From: Lama guanicoe
Lineage: Eukaryota
Length of the DNA stretch: 64,000 nucleotides
Assembly (NCBI GenBank): GCA_013239625.1
Contig: MU054220.1
Span: 6,060,626-6,124,625, forward strand
Direction of reading: 5' to 3'
This document shows, one piece after another, positions 13,473 to 24,574 of this stretch (the stretch's first letter is position 1; each line of letters begins with the position of its first letter). The notes under the pieces were generated by a model. The model was not told the DNA's origin. It made no database searches and worked only from the letters and a program-made list of their open reading frames with translations. A program made the translations under genes and the position numbers.

Positions 13473-14849
13473 ATTTAGAATGTGAATTCCTGTAGTGAAG
13501 TCCTATGACTTCTCACTGGCATCTACATTTTTTTAATAATAAAAAAAAATAGATGATAACACCCAGAAATTCTACTTCCACATCTGCAAAATGTTTGCCA
13601 TGTAAGAACCTATATCATAAATTTTTTTTCTAAATGTTAATCATTATATTTATTTTGTTGGTATTAATAATCATTAACTGAAATTAGTGATAAAAGACAA
13701 CACAAATGAACACTGTAATGAAAATAATTACTTACATAGTTTAAGATTGGAAAGAAAAGAACATTTAATCACTTTACTTGGCTTTCCTTGTTAAATGATT
13801 CATCAAGTCTCCAAATAGCTGTCATACCTTGAAGAGAGAGAGAGAGAGACTTAACATACAAGTGACTTATCAAAACTGACAGCAAATGGCATTTTCATTT
13901 ACATCTGAAAACAGAATAATTCCAGGAGCCCAGACAAATTTAATCCCTGTCCAATACTGGAGCAGAGGGGAGAAATTTTTAACAAGGGATAATGAAATGC
14001 TCTTAGGGATTTGGAAATTTCAGTGGATAGAGACAAATCCTTGTTCTGAAGGGTCACACTAGTGCCAAGTACAAGGAATGCTGGTCTGAGCTCACCTTCT
14101 GTTGGAAAAAAAAAAAAAAAAAAGGACGAATCTGACAAGGGGAAAAGACATAGGCCAGAATTCTGTCACTTTACGTAATGCCCAGCTATTCAGCCTTAGG
14201 AGGCAACTCAGCGTCCAGAATAAGGGCTTCAAGCAACTGCTCCCCAACTCCACGTGCCATCCAGCTCCATGGGATTGGAAGGCATTAAGGATTTGCTGGT
14301 TACATGTTAGAGTAGTGTTCTGAAAGCTCCCTTCTCTCTGAGAAGTTTTAATTTGGAAGAAAAAAGACCAAAAAAGGCACATGGATAGCACAGTACCTGA
14401 AGGTAACTCAAAAATAAATTTACTTATAAATTTACTTTACAAAAAGAATTATAATTCCTCAACTGATTGGATCTTTACCTCCAGAAAGGCCATAAAATAA
14501 TTTTTATAACTTTTTTAATTCTTAAAAGTATCCTTTGATGAGCTTTTATAGATAATGAAACTGAAGTTGAGGGAGGTTACCTAATGGATTCATAAGTCAA
14601 CTCAGGCTCTTCTGATTCCAAACGCATATTTCTGAAAACCGTGCCCCATGGAGTTAACAGTTGCTGCTAACAGAAAATTCTTGAACTTATCTTACTGGAC
14701 AACAGATAAGGGAACTGCATATTAAAACCCCATTCCTTGTGAACTGCCTTCATCGATTTTTCACTTAGTTTTTTTTTCTTTTTTCCTCTTTAATTGCAAA
14801 CCTTCACGGAGAGCAACCGGTTTTTTTTCAGGAATTTGTCGTCAGCTCC

Positions 14850-15340
14850 CACACAGCACAGAAGCCTACCGGGTGAAAGCTGGGATTCCCAAACCTAATA
14901 CTGGGCCTGCGCAGAGAGCCTCAAACTGGGCCTGCGCAGATGTCGGATGACTAACGTACGGACGCTCTGACGTCACAGGGCCGGGAAACCCCAGCCTCAG
15001 ATGCGCTACGGCGTCCATTTTGAATACGCAGACACACGTAACGCAGATACCCAGATGCACCGCAGCGGAACGGCAACTACTTCACCGTTGTCCTAGTCCC
15101 AATTCCCTTCCCTCACGCCGGAGACCACCCTGCTTATCCCATAAATATCCCAACCCTCCTCACCTTCAGGGAGGTGGGCCTGAGAATGGTGCTCCCTTTC
15201 CTCGCTCCGACGGCTCGTAATAAGCTTCCTGGGCCGTGAATCTCGGCGTGTCTGCATTGGGCTCACTGAGCCTCCGGCGAATGGACCTGGTTCCGCCATA
15301 GCCGTCTCGCCACATGCTCAGAGTTTCATAATTTATAAGG
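14850..15340. promoter_or_regulatory. Small CpG-island promoter, probably bidirectional
   Basis: Densest CpG cluster in the window; 16-bp direct repeat actgggcctgcgcaga (14900-14915, 14925-14940, NRF1-like TGCGCA core); CRE TGACGTCA 14968-14975; GGGAAACCCC 14983-14992; YY1-like CAAAATGGACGC on - strand 15011-15022; donors CCG|GTAGGC (-, exon end 14870) and AAG|GTAACT (+, exon end 15339). Confidence 0.8.
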
Positions 15341-15987
15341 TAACTTCCCCATATTACCTCGCCTAAGTCTGTGTAAGATTTGTAAATACATACATGTATC
15401 TTATATAAAATACAGTTGTATCTATACCTTTTATGTAATGCTGTTTTAGTGAAATAGTATGTATGTATACACTGTCCCTTAATCACACCTCATATGGTCT
15501 GTTTACTAAAGAAACTGTCGTAAAGAAGGTAAGTAGATTTCCCAGGGTCATCCAGCTAGGAAATTGTGAAACTAAGACTTAACCTAAATTTGTCTGAGTA
15601 CAGGCATCACGGCTCCCAGTTCACTAAGGGGAAATTAACGAAAGTTCTCTGGATTTTTAAAAATTCTTAATGAGGTTGGTTTTTATCAATTAGGCTCCAA
15701 AATGGAGCCAGTTCAAAATATGAAGTCAGGCAGTAGGTGATGTGTATTAAAGCACAGGAGAGGAATGGACTCATGATTGGGACAGGAGAGTCTTAGGTAT
15801 CTACTGGTGGCAGGAAGATCACATGTGAATAGTTGTCTGGCTTATTGCTCCACCTGAGCAAATGGAACCCTGGACCAGCATCTTAGTCAGATGCTGACAT
15901 TTGTAGAGCTGTCAGGTATCAACCTTAAGAATATGAATATCTGAAACTGCCTGATGGGGAAATAAAGAGTTGTACGTATGTTTACAG

Positions 15988-16095
15988 ACATATGATGCTT
16001 TTGCTGTGGACCACATGGAAATAACAGCTGCCTCGAGAGATGAGACACGTCTGGTTTTCAAGAGACCTAGGTTCAAGTTTGGACGCTACCTAATG
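15988..16095 (+). ncRNA. Candidate internal exon of an unannotated transcript (partly MIR-derived)
   Basis: Acceptor tgtttacag| at 15987, donor ATG|GTAAGT at 16095; 108 bp; 650 bp downstream of the CpG-island donor; no transcript evidence available. Confidence 0.4.
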
Positions 16096-16149
16096 GTAAG
16101 TTTCTTTTTCAGTGCCTCATTTTGGGTATCTATAAAAGTATGTTTAAAA

Positions 16150-16620
16150 TAATAATAATTACTACTTCCACATATACAGTGCTTAAAATTGGGCAGACAC
16201 TGTGATACGTATTTTACACATACTATCTGTTACCTAGATATTAGTGTGGTCATTTTATACAGGAGAAAACAAGGCTTAGATCAGCTGCTTTGGTCATAGT
16301 CACACAGATATAAAGGGGCAGTTAGGGATTTGGACAAATTATAATTAAGTCCAAAAATTGTCCTTTTAACTGCAGGAAGGTTTTTCATCCTTGGCAAGAA
16401 ATGGAATGAGATGCTGTATCAGGCCTTTGGAGTCAGACAGCTCTTGGCTAAAACCCTTACTCTTCGATTTGTTAGTTAACCTATCTGTGCCTCAGCTTCC
16501 TTTTCTGTAAAATGGGGACACATACAGCACTTCTGACAGGATTATTGAGAGGATGAGATCATTTCTGTGTCTTAAGTTTTTCATCCCAGTTCCTGTATTC
16601 CATAGATATTGCTGTGGCTC
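16150..16620. mobile_element. MIR cluster: - copy ~16150-16370 and + copy ~16420-16620
   Basis: ttttatacaggagaaaacaaggcttaga (-); ggctttggagtcagacag...ctgtgcctcagcttccttttctgtaaaatgggga (+). Confidence 0.8.
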
Positions 16621-19600
16621 TTTCGTTGTTATTAAAGTTAATGAATTTTCATCCAGCTTGAAAATCTATGATAAGAAGAAGAAAGGGAAGCTTACGGGAA
16701 TGACCCTGAAGAGTGTGTTTTTAACAATACCTTGATCAGATATCTAACAGTATCTTAGGTCACAAAATATGGAATTGAAAAAAAAATCTTTGCAGTAGCT
16801 TCTCAGCTACAAAGATGGAAATTAAATCCATGAAGTCAAGGACTGTGTCTTAACCATCTCTATAACCACAGAATCTTGCAGAGATTCTATTTTATAGTGG
16901 TCACTTAAAAAATCATTTAAATTGAATTTGAGGCTTAACTGCAAAGAAATGACTGGATTTTACAGAAATTGTGAACATGCATTTTTGGATTAAAAATGCA
17001 GCTCTCTAATATGAGAGCATTTGTCCTTAAACAAACAAACAAACAAACAAGAAAGAAAACCACTTCTAGACAACAGCTATATTTAGAGATCATTCAGCAT
17101 AGGACTTTTTTCTTTGTTTTCTAAAATACCATCTGCCTTCATTAATATTCAAATGTAGATAAAAACTGTTTTTCATAGACTTCTTGTAATCTCAAGTATC
17201 AATGACCACTCAAGCAGAGGGATCAAAAGCAAATTCTCTAATTTTGAAGTGTTGGCTTTTTTAATATTTCATGTAAATGTTTTCAGTGGACTAAATCTAA
17301 AAAGTGATTTAAATAATGTTAAGAATCTATGGTTTTTCAGTTGATGCCAAATTTTGCTTGTCTTCAGATATCCACCCTGTTTGTACAAGAATTCTCTATG
17401 TATCTAAGCTATCTTCCGCAGTAATTAAAAGAGTGGAAACAACAGATCAAATATGAGTCTTTACCCTGTCATCACTCAAACCTTAAAGCAAACTTGGGGC
17501 TTTTAAGATGTCAAGGAAAGTTCAGCAATATTATTTCACAAGAAAAAAGAGAATCACAGTCTTAAGATTTGGGTGTCTTCTAAATGTCCTTCCTTATTTT
17601 AGATATCAAATTACATTTCTTGTATTATCTAACACGAAATCATTTTATTTTATAATTACAAAGTTATATATCTATTATAAAAAAGTAAAATCTGCAAATG
17701 AATGGTTTCAAAAGTAAATCCATATAGTTATACTCCCATAGATGCTGTTAATGGTTCAGAATATATTCTTAAAGTTCTTAACTGCCTGAATATTTGTGTT
17801 TTTCTATTTATTAACTTTTAAGATATAGTTATATTTTAATTGTGTGTATTTACACATATATAATATAGTCAACTGTTTCCATATTTTGAGTATTTTATTT
17901 TGTTATTTCAGAATTATTCCTCCCAAATGTGAAAAATATTCTCTCTTTTACAGTGAGTTTTCTATGATTTGATCAATTTTGTTAATTCTTTTATCCATTC
18001 TGATTTTATTTGGGTATGATAAATGTTTACATTTTCCCTAATTGCTACCCGTTTATATAGTTCCATGAATTATTAAATGATTTTTTAAAATTATTCTTTC
18101 AAAATTTGATTTATAACATATATACAGCTTATCAAAGGCCATCTAATTCTGAACACAAAAGAGAAAAAAATCATAGATGACCTTTCTAAGTGATACTTTT
18201 GGGGGTAAATGTCAAAAGTAGCACCTCTTAATAAGACAAAATATTATTTCTATTAATAGTATCACATCATTTCTTGATTTTTTTTTCTTCAGACAACACA
18301 GAGGCACATATTAATTAAACTAGAAGCCAGGCAGTTTAGTTAGGAAGTACAAGCAAGTTTTCGGATGGGCCTCATATGACTTAGGGAGACAAATAATGAA
18401 TACACCAACTCCATATGTAATCTTCTATGTATTAAAGCTGTCACCACAAAGCAGTTAATGATTTACAGAAGAAAAATTAAAAGAAACATGACCCACTTAA
18501 GTGATGAAATTCAGGCCATAGTTCCAAGAGAACTTCTCTATGAAAAATATGAAAAGCATAAAGACTGCAAAATATCTTAGACTGTAAAGTCATTTTAAAG
18601 CAGCAGTTCAACAATTTTAGGTGAATTCTGAGTCCCTTTTACCAGACAGACTTTGAAGTCTTGGCATTCTGACTATCTAGAATTTGCCACAATGCTGTCC
18701 ATACCTATTCATGGCTCCTGTGGTTTTAGAAGGATCTTAGTTCTCAGCCCACATTTGCTGGCTTTCTATGGTGCAAAGCACTGGGCAGATGATGGTTACT
18801 CACTGCCTTTTCCTCTAACTTTGGAGATTTGGCAGGGAGCAGGCATGAACAGAGACACAGTCTGACTGGAAAGAAACCAAAAATAAAACTAATAAGCTTC
18901 TTGTACTGTCTGAATAGACTTCCCCAGTTCTTCTTGACTTCAACAATGCTTTTACAGGTAATTATCCCATTAATCCTTGCCCAGTTTCTACCACATTGGT
19001 GACTTGAACTAAGCAAGAGACACAAATATAACATTACATCTATTAGGGAATCAGACTTTTTGATTTCTTTGCCCGTGTGTAGAGAGGTGACCGTTTATTT
19101 GGCATTCTAGGCAGATAAAGATGCTCGAGAATAGATTTGAGGAAATTTCAGAAAACATTTAAGCCTTTTTTATGTGACTGACTTAGAATAATGTCTCCAC
19201 TTTCAAAGCATTTCATTATCTTTAAAAAAACATTTTATTAAATCATGATTGGCATTAAAAGAAAAAATGACATTTTTAATGTATACTTGATAAGTTCGGA
19301 GATAAGAATACCTCCACAAAACTATTGTCTGTTGGGGATACCTAAGGTGTATATAAAAAATGCAGACATTCGGAATCTTGTCTCTTCACAATCTAAGCAC
19401 TGACACAGTTTCCATTGTTTCCATTTTTATAGGTTTTTTTTTTTTAATGTTTCATGTGTGAATCGGGACAGGAGTGTGTTTTTGTTTGTCTTGAAATCTG
19501 TTCCTAATTCCTATTTTGCCAAGACCATAGAGAAGTTTTCAAACAGAGTCCCTTTGCGTATGTTGTTTTTGGATAAATAGCAATGAGCAAACCTGGTTTA

Positions 19601-20379
19601 TAGTAAATTAACATTGATTATAGTAATCACAGATGTGCAATTAACAGTTGGTCTCTACCTTTGCCCAAGAATGCAAGGAATTTTAAATCACTAAGAAATT
19701 CATGCTTTTTTTTTTTTGGTGTTCATTTTTTGGGGGAGTGGGTTGGTAATAAGAATTCGAAATTGACTTCTGGCCTTTACATAAATATTAATATTTTGAT
19801 TTCATAATTATCACTTTTTAAATCTATGGCTAGTAAATAATTTCATAATCTTACCTACATGGTGAGGGACGCTTGTGTTGAGAAATACCAGGAGGTATTT
19901 TGGGGCCCATACTGATGTTTCTTCAAGATAAATGTGAGTCCTAGGACGAGACTCTGTGGACAAATCCTTATTCGCATTCTTTTATTTAATTGTTAAAAAT
20001 TCTGTGAGGTTTGTTATTCTGTTTATAAATAAGGAAACGGGTCCAGAAGGATTAAATAAGTTTTCTTAGGCTACTAGCAAATGGCAGTCAGAATTTGAAC
20101 TTCAAAGCTCAAAATGGCCTCATTGCGTCTTGGAACATTTTTCTAAGCTTCTATAAAGGAATTGAGGAGTTGGCTGGGAATTGGGTCCTGCGCACCCCTA
20201 GTAGTCTCCTGCCTGAATATCCCTAAACTTCCTGGGTAGAGTTGGACCCCACGTAGGGTGGCTTCCAGGGAGAGAACATGGCTTTTATTTTCCTGCTGAG
20301 ACCTCACTATACAGGCCATCTTGTCTATTCTCCATGAGCCATCAAATCTGAGTCAAATTCTATCCCTCCTGGTGTGAAA

Positions 20380-20925
20380 GTCCCTAACAGTTTCAAATGA
20401 CAAACAGAAAAGCATCTTAGGACCTGAAAGTTAACTATATTATGAGAACCACATCTGCTTCTCCAGCCTCTTTCCCTTATCTTCTTTCATCAGTGATTTC
20501 TTATCACACTACCTTCTTCTCTCCTGCAGACTTGCCAGCATCATTCATACTCCAGAGCCTTGGCACATGCCCTTCCCCTCTACTTGGAACCATCTTTCTC
20601 CATATCTGTGTGGGACTCCTTCCATCTCATCATCAAGTTTTCAGCTTATATGTCACCACCTCTGAAAAGCCTTCCCTGACCACCTTAGCTAAAGTGCCCC
20701 TCCATTGCCATATCACAAACCATTATCTTCCTGATTGTTTTTATTTCCCTTACCACTACGTAAAATTATCATTTCTTTTTATATTTATCACTGTTTTCTT
20801 CCCACATTAGAATGTAGATAGGGAAATTGTCCTGTTTATTGAGCTATTTCCACTTCTTGAACAGTACCATGACCATAGTGGAGAGACAATAAATATTTGT
20901 CAAATTATACATGAATTAATGAATT
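20380..20925 (+). mobile_element. L2 3' end
   Basis: ccagagccttggcacatgc...aagccttccctgaccacct...caataaatatttgtcaaatt. Confidence 0.8.
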
Positions 20926-20989
20926 AAGCACCTGATACATGATAAGTGCTCAGTAAACACTATTTCTATTTATTTAAAAGCAATATACC

Positions 20990-21770
20990 TCTCTAGAAAT
21001 CAGTTAGTTCCTTGTAAAACTAAACACACAATTACTGTTCAGCCTAGCAACTGCACCTTGGGGCATTTATCGCAGAGAAATGAAAATTTGTTTACAAAAA
21101 TCCTATACACAAATTTACATAGGAGCTTTATTTATAATAGCCCAAACTAGAAGTAATCCAGGTGTCCTGAAATGAGTTAATAGTTAAAAGGACTGTAGTG
21201 TATCCCTGCCGTAGAGTACTGTTCAAGAGTAAAAAGAAACTAGTGAGTACACTCATCCACTTGGGTGAATCTCCAGGAAATTGTGCTGAGTGAAGAAAGC
21301 CAATCACAGAGGTTACATACTGACTAGTTTTATTTACATAACATTCTTGAAAAGGCAAAATTGTAGAGATGGAGAACAGATCAGTGGCTATACCGGTTAG
21401 GAGCAAGGAGGTAGTAGGAAGGAGGAAGTTGTGATTATAAAAGGACCAAAAGAGGGATCCTTGTGGTGATGGAATTTCTGTGTCTTGACTATGGTGGTAG
21501 AGACATGAATCTGTACATGTGGTTTATAGAATGAAATACACCCCCTCACACACACACATACATAAATGAGTACAAGTAAAACGGGAGAAATCTGAGTAAG
21601 ATTGTTGAGTTGTATAAATGTCAATATACTGGGTATGTCATTGAACTATAATTTTGTAAGATATTACCTTGGAAGAAACTGGGTAAAGAGTATGCAGAAT
21701 CCTTCTGTATTTCTTAAAACTGCATGTGAATCTACAGTTATCTCAAAATGTAAAATTTAATGTTAAAAAA
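20990..21770 (+). mobile_element. L1MC/MD-like 3' end
   Basis: gggcatttatcgcagagaaatgaaaa...tttatttataatagcccaaactagaa...tgcatgtgaatctacagttatctcaaaa plus A tail. Confidence 0.85.
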
Positions 21771-22803
21771 GCAATATAATCTTAAAACATGAATAATTGT
21801 GTAAGAATCTTGTTTTAAAAATGAATAAACTGCTGCCCACAAACAATACTGAGAGAAGTTGTGTTAAATAATTCGAACTTATACTGACACTGTAACTTAT
21901 GATCCTATTGAAAGAATGACTTTTTTTTCTGCATCTTTTTCTTTAGACTATGTTCATTATTTTTTCTTTTTCTTAAATTCAAGATCAAGCTTTCTCATTT
22001 AGTTGGAATGTGTATTTGTTCAGAGGCACTGGAAAAGGCTAATTGTATCTGTGCAAGAATCACTGGACATGGTAAACCTGGGAAGTAAAGCCAAATTCCC
22101 AGATATACACCATTAGAATCTGTAGTGAATGTAGTAATGGATGCATTTCTCCTTCGTTAATTAAATTCACAATTTGGCAAGTGCTGCTGTGGTGGTCTTA
22201 GGTGATCATGTGCATGTGTGTTTTAGCATGGCTGGCTCACACCTAAGCATGGGACACTGGTTTGCAGGCCAAATTCTCTGAGGAAATAGAATATAGAATG
22301 TTTTGATTCTGACATATTTATTTAATCCAGATCTGAAATATCCACTTTGGGTCCATGAAATTGTCAAGTTTAATTATGTGCCAAATTTTACATTTTCTTA
22401 AGGGGTTAGATTTTTATTCTTTTGAAAAGATCATGGCTTTAAAGTTAAATAGAATTGAATTTGAAGCCTAGTTTTGTCAATTGTTAACTCACTATAAAAC
22501 TTAAGTAAGTCATGTAACTGTGCCTGTCATGCCTTTGCTCTCCTCTCCACCAGTGATCCTATTCCCTTATGTCAGTCACTCACTTGCATGGTCATAACCT
22601 AAAATTTGTCGTGATGTAGCCCTTATACAGGCTCAGTTGTATGCATCCCATCCTCTGACCACATCTATCTTCTTTCTGTTGACAGAGTTTCTATTACCAG
22701 ACTCCAGTGATCTTTGACCCCAGTGAGACCTCCTTCCTTATCCCAAAGCCATGAAGAATATTATTCTATATTATTTTCTGTAAATTTACTGTAGAAAAGT
22801 TTT

Positions 22804-22873
22804 TAGTCTTTTAACTGTGTTTTATTTTGTGTAGTTTCTAGTCTTTTAACTGTGCTTTATTTTGTATAGTTTC
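22804..22873. repeat. 35-bp tandem duplication
   Basis: tagtcttttaactgtg(t/c)tttattttgt(g/a)tagtttc present twice. Confidence 0.9.
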
Positions 22874-22879
22874 TATTGG

Positions 22880-23230
22880 CTATGGCTTCAGATTTTTCTT
22901 CTGCAGTAGCCAATCTGCCATTAATAGCCTTAGTGTATTTTTCATTTCAGATTACTCAATTTCGTAAATTTCATTTGAGTCTCTTTTTGCATCTTCCATG
23001 CTCTCATCATCAATTTAATAATTTCTTCTTGAACATATACAGTATATTTATAACAGCCATATAAACATGCTTGTCTAAAACTTCACCATCATTATCCCTT
23101 CTTGGCCTGTTTCTGTTGATTGATTTTCTCATGGTTAAAGCTTGAATTTTCCTGCTTATTTGGATACTTGGTCACTTTTTCTTGGATTACAGACATTGTG
23201 AATGTATGCATGCATATCTAAAATCTAACT
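22880..23230 (-). mobile_element. Old L1M fragment
   Basis: Similar to the L1M segment at ~27600-27950 (ttgaacatat...atatttataa...ttgattgattttct). Confidence 0.6.
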
Positions 23231-23249
23231 GGATATTTGTAGGAGGGAT

Positions 23250-24355
23250 TTTTAAAACATTTTAAAAATTTTTATACATTTTAAAGGTTATTTCCATTTA
23301 CAATTATTATAAAATATTGACTATATTCCCTGTATTGTAAAATACATCCTTGAGCCTATCTTACACACAATAGTTTGTATCTCCCATTTCTCCACCTCTG
23401 TATTGCCCCTTCCCTCTCATTGGCAACCACTCGTTTGTTCTCTGTATCTGTGAGTCTGCTTCTTTTTTGTTATAGCCACTAGTTTGCTGCATTCTTTAGA
23501 TTCCACATATAGGTAATATCATACAGTATTTGTCTTTCTCTGTCTAACTTATTTCGCTTAGCATAATGCCCTCCAAATCATCCATATTGCTACAGATGGC
23601 AAAATTTCATCCTTTTTAATGGCTAAGTAGTATTCCATTGCACATGTACACCACATCTTCTTTCTCCAATCATCTGTTGATGGACATTTAGTTTGTTTCC
23701 GTATCTTGGCAAACGTAAATAATGCTGCTATGATCATTGAGTGCATGTATCTTTTCTTTTCAAATTAGTGTTTTATTAGGAAATAAAAGCAAAAGTAAAC
23801 AAGTGAGACCTAATTAAGCTTAAAAGCTTTTGCATGGCAAAGGAAACCATTGACAAAATGAAAAGACAACCTATTGAATGGGAGAAAATATTTGTAAATG
23901 GTATGACCAATAAGGGGTTAATATCAAACATATATAAACAGCTCAGAGAACTCAACATCAAAAAATAAAAAACAGAGAACTCAACATCAAAAAAAAAAAC
24001 AGTTGAAAATGGGCAAAATAACTAGATAGACATTTATCCAAAGAGGAAATGCAGATGGCCAATAGGCACATGAAAAGATGCTCAGCATCTCTAACCATTA
24101 GGGAAATGCAAATCAAAACCACAGTGGATTATCACCTTACACCAGTTAAGAATGGCCATCATCAAAAAGTCTACAAATAATAAATGCTGGAGAGGGTATG
24201 GAGAAAAGGGAACCCTCCTACACTGTTGGTAGGAATGTAAATTGGTGCAGCCGCTGTGGAAAACACTATGGAGGTTTCTCAATAAACTAACAATAGCACC
24301 ATGACCCAGGAGTTCCACTCCTGAGTGTAAATCTGAAAAAAACAAAAATACTAAT
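23250..24355 (-). mobile_element. 5'-inverted (twin-primed) L1 insertion
   Basis: - strand 3'UTR/ORF2 end 23250-23774 joined to + strand ORF2 segment ~23777-24355; both break at the same L1 position (aaaa(c/t)actaat); TSD-like ggagggatt 23242-23250 and ggagcgatt 24365-24373. Confidence 0.85.
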
Positions 24356-24574
24356 GGGAGAATGGGAGCGATTGTTTTATTCTTTTTTTCCATGTGAATA
24401 TCCAGTTGTCACTGTATAATTTATTGAGATGACATTCATTTCTCCCATGGTTCTGTAGTTCTTTGTCATAATTCAAATATCCTTACGTGTATATTGTTTC
24501 TGATCTCTCTTCTGTTCCATTGATTTACTTTCCTTTTTTCCCAATACCATGTAATCTTAATTACTGTAGCTTTA

